Positions 37,489 through 48,881 of a stretch of DNA of 48,881 nt are shown here, in pieces (the stretch's first letter is position 1; each line of letters begins with the position of its first letter). Source of the DNA: Octopus bimaculoides. Taxonomy: Eukaryota. A program made the translations under genes and the position numbers. The DNA is taken from positions 78,444,943-78,493,823 of the forward strand of contig NC_068989.1 of assembly GCF_001194135.2 (NCBI RefSeq). Reading direction: 5' to 3'. Under the pieces are notes generated by a model. That model made no database searches. It was given only the letters and a program-made list of their open reading frames with translations, and was not told where the DNA came from.

Positions 37489-37601
37489 TTTAATATTCTA
37501 CAATTATCTAATTATGAAGATAATTAGATAATTGTATAATTGATTTCCCGGAAATACCACTAATGAAATATTTCACATACTTCATAGCTACCGACACAGT
37601 T

Positions 37602-38046
37602 TTTATTACCTCCACCTCCGCAAAGGCGGAGGTATTGTTTTCAGTCGTATTTGTTTGTTTGTTTGTTTGTTTGTTTGTTTGTTTGTTTGTTTGTTTGTTT
37701 GTTTGTTTGTTGATTGTTTGTTTTTCTGTGGACAAGATATCTCAAGAACCGCTGGATGGATTCGGGTGAAACTTTCAGGGATGTGTGACACCGTGACGGC
37801 AGGAACTGATTAGATTTTGGGATCGATCCAGTATCGGACAAGGATTCTGGATTATTTTCCCTGTTTTTTTGGGGTTTTTTTAACTTAATTTTTGCGTGTG
37901 GTCGGGTTCATTTTTAGTATTCCTCTTTGTGAGAGCAGTCGAGTTTATTTCAGATATTCTTATTTTAAAAATCCTCTCCGGATAATAGTTGACAGGACGT
38001 TGGTGTTGCTTTGGTGGAAGTTTGCGATCTTTGAGTGGTCTTGTTA
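37602..38046 (+). mobile_element. Helentron-associated non-autonomous element (HINE/DINE-1-like)
   Basis: 5' ttattacctcc with hairpin acctccgc-aaag-gcggaggt, internal (TTTG)n, ggatggattcgggtgaaactt block, 3' subterminal repeat ggtggaagtttgcgatct and tgagtggtcttgtt end. Confidence 0.7.
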
Positions 38047-38054
38047 ATTTTGCA

Positions 38055-38225
38055 TTAGTTTCACTTATTGAACTGCAGCCCGACCCCCAGTATAGCCTTA
38101 ATGAGTTTAGTCGATAAAGACGACCACAAGATATATTTCTAATTTGGTACTTATTCTATGAATTTTTCTTACTGAACCGCTCTCAAATATTGGTGGGGGA
38201 CAAAAAGTAATGAAACCCACGCACT
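38055..38225 (-). mobile_element. SINE family B, degenerate 3' half
   Basis: ttagtcgataaagacgacc...ggtacttattctat...ctgaaccgct...ggtgggggacaaa. Confidence 0.65.
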
Positions 38226-38249
38226 GAGGTGTATACATACATATATACA

Positions 38250-38465
38250 TACATACATACATATGGATTGTTGGCGATTTACTTCCTGCGCCTTCCTTTT
38301 CTCTTGGACTTTCCTCTGTCTCCTATTTCTGAAGAAGACCTTTGCTCGAAACGTAAAACACCCTTTCTTTCCTTCACTGAGCGTCTTTTAATACTTTGTC
38401 GGTACCACGTACTTGCATTGTTGTTGTTTTTTCTTGTGTTTGTCTTCGTTTTGGGGGATTAATCA
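38250..38465 (+). mobile_element. Probable PLE terminal/UTR fragment with hammerhead-like core (38324-38392)
   Basis: tatttCTGAAGA-a-gacctttgctc-GAAA-cg...cg-TC; pyrimidine-rich flanks; embedded between microsatellites. Confidence 0.5.
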
Positions 38466-38885
38466 TATATGTGTGTGTGCGTGTGTGTGTATGTGTGCGT
38501 GTGTGAGTGTGCGTGTTACATTTGTAACACTGTTCTTCAACCCCATAACTCTTGGTATCATTTCTATTCTGTGTAAATCGGACCTTTTTGCATCTAAAAA
38601 TATATACATTTTCTGTATTTAATGTATTAAATATTCTTTGTATATCGACCTGCTTCACTTGCTTATCCTTACATTCACTCCTTTCCTCGCTCAAATGTAA
38701 ATCTTTTGAGCACCGCTAGGTGTATTCTACACGGAGAATATTTGATTTTCATCTATAAGCTATATATATACATAAACGCATGTATATACACACACACACA
38801 CACACATATATATTATCATGCATACACACATACATACCTACAGACGTACATACATGCATAAATACATACACATATATATATATAT

Positions 38886-39030
38886 GCGACGAACCCCAGT
38901 TTCCATCAACCAAATTGACTTACAAGTTATTGGTTGGTCCAAAGAACAGTAGGATACAACGTATCACGCTGTGGGACTGAGTCCGAAGTTACCGGACTAC
39001 AACTCGAGCTTCTTAATCACACAGCCTCAT
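38886..39030 (-). mobile_element. SINE family B, degenerate 5' half
   Basis: cagtttccatcaaccaaattgacttacaag...gctgtgggactgagtcc...cttcttaatcacacagcc. Confidence 0.65.
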
Positions 39031-40142
39031 CACAGCATCTTTTTTCCCCTTTACAATCACCCTTCTACAGACGAATGAATCACGTGGTCAATACTATACT
39101 GCTGATCTTAGAGGTGAGTATCTCATATAAGTTTTGTAGTTTTGAACCTGAAATACACAGATCTTTTGTCCAGTAATCAAATGTTAAAGAAATACTCTTT
39201 AACCAAACTGTGCTTGTCTCAAATATTTTCAGGAAGGAGTTGATTCTAAACAAATGTATCAGTTCAGAATAAGATCTCCTGGAATTTGGATAACTCAATG
39301 CCAAGAACCATATGTCAAATATAGATGCACTATCGATTCTGAAATTTATGTATTATTCTATAATCTAGTAAAATAAACAAAATTAAGAACATATGGACAT
39401 TTTCCATATTCAAAATGTGTTCAAATTTCGCAGCCACTAATTAAATGTAGATTTTAATGCATGCTTAAATGAATTATTAATTCAAACGATAAATTGTTAA
39501 TTTTATATATTTATTTAGACTTTATTCGTTAACCTTTTATGTAACCAGAAATGTAATACATATTAATGTAAATCAGTATTTTCGAATTGAGTTATTAAGT
39601 TGACATATACATATATACATATTAGATACATTCCAAAAAATCTCGACCATTTCATTTCTAGTATGCTCCTTGTCAGGTGTGTTATTTCATGAAGTTTGAC
39701 TGCTCTTCTTAACGGATCAGAGGAACTTGTTCAATTTATAAGAAGAATTGTCAGGCTTAGATAGACTGAATTCAACACATGCAGTTTTCGTTCGAAATCT
39801 CTACGCTCATATTTTGCCAGATCAAATTAGCCGTTCATCTCATATTTTCAAGATTGATATCAAAGATATGAATCCAGAGAAGTGGATTGTCAGAATTTAT
39901 AGGGTATCAGATAGGATGCTTTGCGGTATCTGTTGTGAATCTCTCTACATTCTGGCGAATCTCTCCACACTAGCGATGACACTGGTGTCAAGCACTATCA
40001 ATCTTGTGATTTCTTTGAAGACTACCGCGGGAGTGGAGAGGGGAGATGTGCATGGAGAAACAGATGATACTGTTTCACACAAAATAATGCACTTCCGAAA
40101 CCTGTGCTTACAAATATTCAGACTGTATATTATTCTTTCTAC

Positions 40143-40290
40143 TACAGGCACAAGGATTGAGAGTTTGAAGGATTAATCGATTACAGTGACTCGACTTCTC
40201 GACTGGTACTTATTTTATCAGCCTCGAAAGGATGAAAAGCACAGTCGACACCGCTGGAATTGGAACTCAGAATGTAATGAGCCGAAAGAA
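40143..40290 (-). mobile_element. SINE family A
   Basis: gactggtacttattttatcagcctcgaaaggatgaaaagcacagtcgac...gaactcagaatgt. Confidence 0.8.
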
Positions 40291-40344
40291 ATGCCGCTCA
40301 GCATTTATAATTAAGAACAAAGGCGTTTAAGCTATAAGATACGT

Positions 40345-40560
40345 AAAGTGGTAAGCTGGCGGCATCGTAAGCACCCAGGTAAAAATGCTTAGCGGGGTTT
40401 CGTCTGTCTGTACGTTCCGAGTGACAAATCGTCCGAGGTCGATTTTACCTTTGACCCCTTTCGGATAGCTAAAATGAGTACCAGTTGGGAGCTGGTGCCG
40501 ATCCAATCGATTTAGCCCCTCCCTTAAACTCGCTGGCCTTGTATCAAAATTTGAAACCAA
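40345..40560 (+). mobile_element. SINE family A
   Basis: gtggtaagctggc...aaatgcttagcgg...ccgaggtcgattttacc...gagtaccagtt...aaaatttgaaaccaat. Confidence 0.8.
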
Positions 40561-40706
40561 TATATAAAATATATCGTAAATTTGGTGTCATCTTTATTTT
40601 TTTTTTCTTTTCAATCTATTTTTCCCTTTTTTTTTTCATTTAATTAAAGGTATGACCCAAAACATTAGGTCTTCTGTATACTCATTGTACACATTATTTC
40701 ATTGTT

Positions 40707-41165
40707 TAGGGTGGCCACAGAGTCACGAGCTATGGGAGATATCATGTATGCTTTATTAACAATGAAATAGGTAATCCATTACAAACGTTCAAAGTGTTGT
40801 CCATGCAGCTCTAAGTGTTCATACGGAATTTGAAATTGCGATGAACCCTCTCAAATAGCTTTTCATTACTGTTGACTTGTTCACACGCTTCAACAATTCC
40901 TTAAAGATGCCTTTGGTCACGAATATTTTCAGAATACACAAGGGATTTAATATATCCCCAGAAGAAAAAGTACGTGGGAGTCAAATCTGGTGACAGTGGG
41001 GCCCATTTAATTGGCTCGCGACGCCCGAGCCATCTTGGAAAATGTTCATTCTAAAATCAAGAACTTGTAATGCATAATGGGACGGGGCCTCATCCTTCTG
41101 AAACCAGACAGGATTTCCATTAACTTTCCCCCGCCTTGGTCATTATCTGCCTCCATTCAATGAGG
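40707..41165 (-). mobile_element. Tc1/mariner transposase C-terminal fragment with right TIR (DD41D/rosa-like)
   Basis: WFQKDEAPSHY...NEHFPRWLGRREPIKWAPLSPDLTPTYFFFWGYIKSLVY...GQHFERL*, and TIR-like TA-gggtggccacagagtcacg at 40707. D-to-D spacing is about 40-41 after one frameshift. Confidence 0.8.
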
Positions 41166-41324
41166 GTTGGTTTGTGAGAAATATCGGCAGTTGTGAAAAG
41201 AGTTAAAAGAAAGAGAATGCTAGCAATTTCACATGATGCGGGACTTTATGGTCACCCTGTAAATGTTTCCTTCCATTTTGCTACATTTTTTCCTTACACT
41301 CTTTTATCTTTTATCTTTTTATTT

Positions 41325-41700
41325 ATTTCATTCGCTAGACTGCGATCATGCTGGGGTTCCGCCTGGAGGAATATGAGTCGAATGAATTGACCCTAATTCC
41401 GTTTTTTAATTTTTTTTTCTTTTTAGCCCGGTACTTATTCTATCGGATTTTATTTTGCGCAACCGCTAAGTTACGGAGACGTAAACACACCAACACCGGT
41501 TGTCAAATGGTAGTGAGTGACAAAGACACACGCACATAAAGACATGCACACACATATACAAATACACAGAGACATTATACACACACGCGCACAACGTTCT
41601 TTCAGTTTCCCTCTACAAAATCCACTCGCAAGGCTTTAGTCGGCCATGGACTATAACAGAAGATGCCACGTAGTGAGGCTGAACTCGGGACCATGTGACA
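41325..41700 (-). mobile_element. SINE family B, near full length
   Basis: gactgcgatcatgctgggg...ggtacttattctatcgg...ccgctaagttacggagacgtaaacacaccaacaccggttgtcaa...ctttcagtttcc...tccactcgcaaggcttt. Confidence 0.85.
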
Positions 41701-42371
41701 AGTATATGCACCTTCTATATACATGTAACAAGGTCGTGGTCATGTGATGTGGCACGTGCATGTTTATACCACTTCACATTCATTTTCATTTGAAATATAT
41801 GTACGCATACTCCAGTAAACATAACAGTTGACTCGTGTGTTTCTAGGAATGTACTTGAAGTTCATGAAACTTAACCACCAGATATGATAAAGTCAATTGT
41901 CTCGTTGCATTAGTCGTATAACCTGCATTGTTGTTAGTGTCATTTTTTTCATTATTTTGTTTTCATGATTATTTGTGATTACACATTGGCCCTCTGAGGT
42001 TGATATAATTTAACTTTCTGCTTTTAGTCAAGTGCGTTTGAACTATTAACGGTTGTCACCCGAGTTTGTTTTTCTTCTGTGTCGTTTCTGTATTTCTAAA
42101 GTATTTTTTTGTCTATTGTTACTTGAATACACTTTGGAAATATACTTCCAACTTGTTTCTATTATTTTCTTCTTTTCCTTTCGTTTTTCAGTTGTTTTGT
42201 TCTGCTCTGCATATTTTTCGCCATTGTTGTTAGCTTCCCTGACCCTTTTTCTTAATTCTAAGCATTTTTCTTCCGGTTTCACTGTTGTTAGTTTATTGTA
42301 GCTCCCTATTCGCATCTGACCCCGTCCTCCCAGTATACGATGTACGTATATTTTCTTTACATTTTCTTAGA

Positions 42372-42520
42372 GTTAGTGGCGTTGGAACACCAGTACTTGG
42401 ATTTTTAAGCCCCGTACTTATTCAATCGGTTACCTTTGCTGAACCGCTAAGTAACGGGGACGTAGGCATTAAACATACCAACACCGGTTGTCAAGGGGTG
42501 ATGGGAGGACAAACACAATT
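42372..42520 (-). mobile_element. SINE family B, 3' half
   Basis: gtacttattcaatcgg...gaaccgctaagtaacggggacgt...ccaacaccggttgtcaag. Confidence 0.8.
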
Positions 42521-42641
42521 ATTTTGGCACACATGTATATATAACATTTATACATGTTTGAATATATATATATATGTATACACACACATATAATAGTTAT
42601 ATATGTGTGTATATATGTACACACACATATGCACACGCACG

Positions 42642-42750
<109 letters not shown>

Positions 42751-43282
42751 TGCTCCAGCATGGGCTCAGTTTTAGGGCTGAAACGTATACAAGTATAAAT
42801 GAATATACACACGACGAGTTTGCGTTCACCACATCGATTCACGAGGCTTTGAGCAGCCAAGCAAACTTCACACACTCACGCCTGCATGTCGTTTTCTGAT
42901 GTTCCATGCAAAAATTGACCCATTCTTTTCATCGCACAATTCACACTTCTCTGATGCATCTTCCATGTCAATATTTTTCCTTATTCAAATTCTACCGAGA
43001 GATTTATCGTTGGATGCAAATATCAATCGTTCTACTTCCTTCTTCAAAAACATTTTTCTAACCACTTTCAAGATTTAATACTTTTTTATTTCTTCTATAT
43101 TCCCAATAATTTTTCCATGCGACATTTCCTTTTCTCACAATTCTATACTTTATTCTTTTCCTATTTCCTTCATACCCCCACTTATGTTTTACCCCATTTT
43201 ACAGGCCACCTTATATGACTACATTTATCAGTCTTTCAACTGATAATCTAAAATGCTTGACGAGGGTATATTTTATACATTA

Positions 43283-43315
43283 TTATCATTATTGTTACTG
43301 TTATTATTATTATTA

Positions 43316-43353
<38 letters not shown>

Positions 43354-43426
43354 AATTATTATTAATATTATTACTATTATTATTATTATTATTACTAGTT
43401 TTATAATTATTATTATTATTGTTACA

Positions 43427-43470
<44 letters not shown>

Positions 43471-43560
43471 AATTATTATTATGATTATTATTATTATTAT
43501 TATTACTATTATTATTATTACTAGTATTATCATTATTATTATTATTATTATTATTGGTGC

Positions 43561-43599
<39 letters not shown>

Positions 43600-43622
43600 A
43601 AGTAGTAGTAGTAGTAGTAGTA
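43283..43622. repeat. Degenerate (ATT)n followed by (AGT)n microsatellite
   Basis: Seen directly; source of the poly-I/N/S/V ORFs. Confidence 0.97.
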
Positions 43623-43830
43623 ATGCGGCCAGCTAGCAGAATCGTTAGCACGCCGGGCGAAATGCTTAGCAGTATTTCGTCCGAGTTCAAATTTCGCCGA
43701 GGTCGACTTCGCTCTTCATCTTTTCGTAGACTTTGCCTTTCAGTCAAGTACTGGAGACGATGTGATCGCTTGTCTCGCTCCCCACAAAAATCCAGGCCTA
43801 GTGCCTATAGTAGAAAGCATTATTATTATT
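43623..43830 (+). mobile_element. SINE family A with internal deletion and (ATT)n tail
   Basis: gcggccagctagcagaatcgttagcacgccgggcgaaatgcttagc...gcctatagtagaaagcattattatt. Confidence 0.85.
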
Positions 43831-44941
43831 AATTTGTCTGAAGCACAAAACGACGATAAACTGTAATCATTTCCTTTTTCTTAAGTGGCCATTCAATGTT
43901 TGGAGGGCATTACTCGTCCAGCATGAAGCGTCAATCATGATTGCTGATGGTGTTGTAGGTAGTCTTACGGGCGGCTTCAACGAACCTGTGGCGAGCTTTT
44001 ATCCAATTTTCCCTATATCCCTGGCGCAATCCTATCTTCATCAACTCAGTTGATTTACCAAATTCCAATATGTGTTTGTGCGCGTGGGTGGGTGTGTAGC
44101 AGTGTATGGTGCTGTGTCTGTGTGTGAGTGTAATTTATAATTTGGTAGATATGTAGTTGTGCATATTTACACGTTTATATGCGAAACTATAATGTGATAC
44201 GTTGCAAATGTTAAACTACACTACGCTGTTTCTTTCATACAATTTACGCTTCAGCTTTCTGAACAATAGCTTCGTTAGATATTTATGTCTGCAGGAGAAA
44301 TCCATTGATACTATTCACGGTTCATTGAGTCTGCAATAACAAAACATAGCACTCAGAAGATATAGAATAATTCGCCACCAAATCGTTAATGACAGAATAA
44401 CATTCAAGTTCATTAAAGATTATGTTCTCAAAAAGTGTTTCTGTTGAGAATGAAGAAAAAAAGAAAACACTATTTGTGTGTATAGTTAGGAATCACTTGT
44501 TAACAAAGAAGCAACAACATCAAATACTACAGACGTTGTGGGTCGTCACTGCAGAATGATGACGCATGGGAATTATCTCAGTGGTATACGTAATGTCGGC
44601 ATGAAATTTAATATACTGATTTTGAATAAGTAATCGAAAATGTTGGGCAAAAATAGCAAATTCCATTATTTTCTTTTGGATTTTGTAATGAATTTTTATG
44701 TTTTCGTTTAATCAAAGTTATAGTATTACAAAGTTTAGAAGTATTATTTTGTCACAGCGAGTAACTTGATAAAGATAAGTTAGTATTTTATGTATATCAT
44801 ATATCCTAATATAACCCGTGGTGATACTACCATTGCAGCAACTGCAGTGATATATTTATTTCGAAGAATTTGCTCCTAAAATCTTAAGTTGGTGAATGTG
44901 CTCGTGATTAAGGCAAAACCAACTTACTCAACTAACAACAA

Positions 44942-45165
44942 TGAGGCGGCGAGCTGGCAGAATCGTTAGCACGCCGGGTGAAATGCTTAGCAGTATTTCG
45001 TTGCCGCTACGTTCTGAGTTCAAATTCCACCGAGGTCGACTTTGCCTTTCACCTTTTCGGGGTCGATAAATTAAGTACCAGTTGTGTACTGGGGTGGATA
45101 TAATCGACTGTCACACACACCCGCCACCCAAAAAATTCGGGCCTTGTGCCTAGAAATAAATATTA
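44942..45165 (+). mobile_element. SINE family A, best-preserved copy
   Basis: gaggcggcgagctggcagaatcgttagcacgccggg...ctgagttcaaattccaccgaggtcgactttgcc...ggggtcgataaattaagtaccagtt...ggccttgtgcctagaaa. Confidence 0.9.
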
Positions 45166-46059
45166 ACTATTACCGACCATTTTTCAGATGCAACTACCTA
45201 CTCTGTCATTTACGCAACGTCCTACTCCCCATTTTTCTTTATATGATTCTTTCTCTCTCACTATGTATGCGTAACGTTACATCAAATCCTGCTTGCCAAT
45301 AAGCCTAGTATGTGCATCTATCATGCATCGCTTGCTTAACTCTCACTCTCTCTCTGTATAACTCTCTCTTTCTCTCTCACGTTTCTTTCTACGTTGTAAA
45401 GCGTGTGTGAAGAAAACAATCAACGTACCGAGTAACATTTATATCGATTATTATCAAATAGAAATACATAAAATACATATATATACATATATATATGTAT
45501 GTATGTATATGTATATAGATAGATAGATAGATAGATACATGAATGCATATACAAAAAAAACGTACATGCGCATATGAATATGCACACACACATATATATG
45601 TGTATATATATATGTGTGTGTATATATATATATGTGTGTGTGTATGTGTGTGTGTGTGTGTATACAAAGAGAACTGAGTAAATCTACTATTTCCTTACCA
45701 CCACCTGCAAACTGTTTGCCAAATTTGTTCTACTTAAACTGCAGTTATATTTCTGTGAGAATGTGCGAGTGCGTGCGTATGTGCGCGCGTGCGTATGTCT
45801 GTACGCGCGCTGTCATCCATTTGGCAGCGTTCGCCTATGTAAGTTTTATTATCTTTTTCATTACCTTACCACTGCTTGTCATTTTCAGTGTTCCCCTATC
45901 GACTTTATCTTCTTAAGTTAACTCTCCCTGCATCTCTCTTGTCCTCTCTTTCCCCTCTCTGTATCTGATATAAAACTTGACTGGAGAGAGGCAACCAGCC
46001 AACAGATCAGCATTTATATCAGCTTTTCTCATATAGACATGAATCTAGACCGTGTATTC

Positions 46060-46590
46060 TCGAAATCGTTAAAGCGTTGGCCAAATGCCGAACGCTATTT
46101 CTTCCGGCCGGCCCTTTGTGTCCTCAGTTCAAAGGCTAACGATGTCATATTGTGCTTCCACCAACCAAAAGGTCTATAACATAATGTACCAGTCGAATAC
46201 TAAGGTCAGTGATATCGACTAACTCTAATCACGCCACAAAATTACTGTCGTTCTTCCTACATTAAAAATTATTATTGCAGTGATATATTTTTGTAGGTAA
46301 TCTTTTCTTCCTTGCTTTATATGCTGTCAACATTTGATATTTACTGTATCTGTCCTTTCAAATTACAGTTCATTAGCACGGGAGCTGGCAGAATCGTTAG
46401 CACACCGCTTACCGACATTTCGTCCGTCTTTACGTTCTGAGTTCAAATTTCACCGTGGTCAACTTTGTCTTTCATCCTTTCGGAGTCAATAAGATATGTA
46501 TCAGTTGAGAGCACTGGTATCGTTGAAATCGATTTACCACCTCTCATCACCTGAAATTGCTGGCCTTTGTCAAAATGTGAAATCATTATT
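46060..46590 (+). mobile_element. Two SINE family A copies (degenerate 46060-46275; 46378-46590)
   Basis: gagctggcagaatcgttagcac...ttctgagttcaaatttcaccgtggtcaactttgtctttcatcc; the upstream copy keeps gaaatcgttaaagcg, cagttcaaa and gtaccagtcgaatact. Confidence 0.75.
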
Positions 46591-46794
46591 AACAAAACTC
46601 GTTGTGGCTTTAAATATTCGATACAGTAAGACAATATTTTTAATGGTTCTGTAAAGAAAAAATGTCTTAACAAAATTTATCACATCATTTTAATCTTCTG
46701 AGAAAAATTATCCATTTACGTACTTCCTCTTACCATCTTGCACACCTTCACATTTTTTTTTTTTGCATTTATAATATTGCACTACAGAAAATAG

Positions 46795-46960
46795 TTGCAT
46801 GTGTGGTTGTGTGCTAAGAAGCTTGCTTCCCAAACACATGCTTCCGGGTTCAGTCCTACTCCATGAAACAATGGGCAAGTGTCTTCTCGGGCCGGCTACA
46901 TCCTCGAACTGATCAAAGCCTTGTGGATGGGTTTCCTACACAGAAACTAAAAGAGACCCG

Positions 46961-47016
<56 letters not shown>

Positions 47017-47225
47017 CTGTGTTTGAACCCCACCCCGCTTGACACCCGCTGTTGGTTTGTTTACATCTCCGTAACCTAGCGGTTCCATAAGAGACGCTGG
47101 TAGAATAAGTACCAGGCTCCAAAAAGAAATATAAGGTACTGGGGTTGATTCATTCGACTAAAATTCTTCAAGGCGGTGCCCCAGCATGGCCGCAGTCTAA
47201 TGACGGAAACAAATAAAAAAAGAAT
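46795..47225 (+). mobile_element. SINE family B, full length with internal (TG)n
   Basis: tRNA-like head gtggttgtgtgctaagaagcttgcttccc...gggttcagtcc; 3' half gtaacctagcggtt...aataagtaccagg...ggcggtgccccagcatggccgcagtc. Confidence 0.9.
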
Positions 47226-48574
47226 ACTTACCTTTATCCTCTTCTTCGGATAATGCTTTTGAGTAGTACGAAGCACGTATGTTGGCACACAAACAAAATT
47301 CAACGGAGCTTGAAATATAATTCACATATATTGCAGGATTCTTATTTTAAAATAGTGAGGAATAGGAATACCTGTATTTTATTGCAAACGTCTTGAACAA
47401 TAGGTTTGTCTCGTGGAAAATCTTTTGAAGAAAATTTAGTTCATGAATAGCTGCACACACACGCGAGCGCACACTTTCACACATACATGTAAATATGAGT
47501 ATGTCGAAATTCTATATGCGTATTTAATCGATATATATTTAGTATCGCTGGGAAATTATAACCTGTGGGTGAATCATTGAAACTTTGGTAGCTGAGATTG
47601 AAGAATAAGAGAATGTAGTTTCCATCTTTCTCACGGTTCAATCAGAGTCGCTAACCTCATCGGCTAACAAATGAAGTTATCAAAAGAAAATGTATTACAG
47701 AAATAAAGTTGTTTACGTATTGATATAAAGCTAGCAGTTGTAATTACACAGTAGTTTCGAATAGATGTGTATATGAAAATCGTATCTGCACTAAGTTAAA
47801 TTAAAATGCATCACAACGAAATGCTAAAATAAACATGACACTTTACACAAACATCAGTAACAGAAGGCAATGAATCGGTGACCATACATTCTGTTTATCA
47901 TACGGCTCAGCAAAGTTTCGTAATACATTTCTGAATCACCGAGGTCATGAGCCGAAAAATCATGACGAGAAATGTAAAAGAAATACAACCAGCATTGAAT
48001 CATTTACATAAGTGATTTTAGATCCGCAAGCGGGATTTAATAACAAAATACCACAACAGTGGTGATTTGAAAATCCATGTACGTGAAAAGTTATTTACAA
48101 AACATACTATAGACATGAATTCTTAACGTCAAAATATAGATATATGTCGACCAATTTCACATTATATGTCGGCAAATCATATAGGATTAGTGGGAATTGT
48201 ATATTTACTCAGCGATATTAAATATATGTTTATTTAACATATATTCAATAGGAAATCTATACATGCGGCTATCCAAAATGCTGCTGTGTTTATGCTTTTG
48301 CTCACTAAATCCGATCGTCAGCGCTTCTACCATTATGGAAATGAATAAAACGATAGTATATACGTATTACATACAGGCGCACAGGCAGACAGACCAAACA
48401 AACACTCACTCAGCGATAGATAAATATATAAAGATACATACATATGTATATATATAAACACACATGCCTTCATATATATGTGTGTGTGTGTGAGTCAGTG
48501 TGTGTATGTAAATACAAATACATACAGATATGCATACAAATATTTATAGATATATATACATTTATGCGTACATG

Positions 48575-48592
48575 CATTCATACATACATACA

Positions 48593-48623
<31 letters not shown>

Positions 48624-48881
48624 TCACATACGTACGTACGTACGCACGTAAATGTTCACACACTTATGGAACCAATTATGTATTCTAGCAGCCATGTTGG
48701 TGAGCAACATGGAAAATAATGTTATACGAAATATCAGGCACAAATACGAGGAAAGAAGAAAACTGCCTCTACCTATTTACTCGTATATCTGTGTGTATGT
48801 GTGTGTGTGTTTGTTTGTGTCTGTGTTTGTGTGTGTGTGTGTGCGTGTGTGTGTGTGCGTGCGTGCGTGTGTGGGTATGTG
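48575..48881. repeat. (TACA)n and (TG)n microsatellite tracts
   Basis: Seen directly (about 48575-48640 and 48790-48881). Confidence 0.9.

Noticed and set aside
39748-40176. Longest non-repeat ORF (142 aa, + strand)
   Set aside because: Non-ATG start, ends inside an antisense SINE, and has no recognisable domain; at most a faint RTE C-terminal resemblance (KIDIKDMNPEKW).
42850-43000. Cys/His-rich peptide CELCDEK..(fs)..FCMEHQKTTCRREC resembling a B-box or LINE zinc finger
   Set aside because: Needs a frameshift. It lies in purine-skewed sequence (with 42046-42315) more likely to be decayed LINE; not supportable as a gene.
44942-45030. tRNA genes
   Set aside because: The tRNA-like heads belong to multi-copy SINEs and continue into SINE bodies; no complete cloverleaf recognised.

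Overview
AT-rich eukaryotic DNA with nine N gaps, crowded with microsatellites and transposon debris. The SINE families, microsatellite load and transposase types fit a coleoid cephalopod, most likely Octopus; this is inferred from repeat content, not from a database search. I find no intact protein-coding gene. Almost all ORFs in the supplied track are microsatellite or N-gap artefacts, or antisense frames of TE fragments. Recognisable elements: (1) non-LTR retrotransposon fragments of R4/Dong (RLE nuclease end), CR1-like RT, RTE RT, Penelope-like RT and a probable decayed APE LINE; (2) three Tc1/mariner transposase relics plus a mariner-type MITE; (3) a Helentron-associated (HINE-like) element; (4) a candidate solo LTR; (5) about 25 copies of three tRNA-type SINE families, labelled A, B and C here. 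The most interesting signals are three type-I hammerhead-ribozyme-like motifs of the Penelope/retrozyme kind (best at 22985-23054), a 105-bp-arm near-perfect foldback at the window start, closely spaced inverted SINE pairs, an orphan 18S rRNA-like fragment, and an unexplained stop-poor hydrophobic reading frame at 14564-15445. Coordinates of degenerate repeats are approximate (about 10-20 bp).
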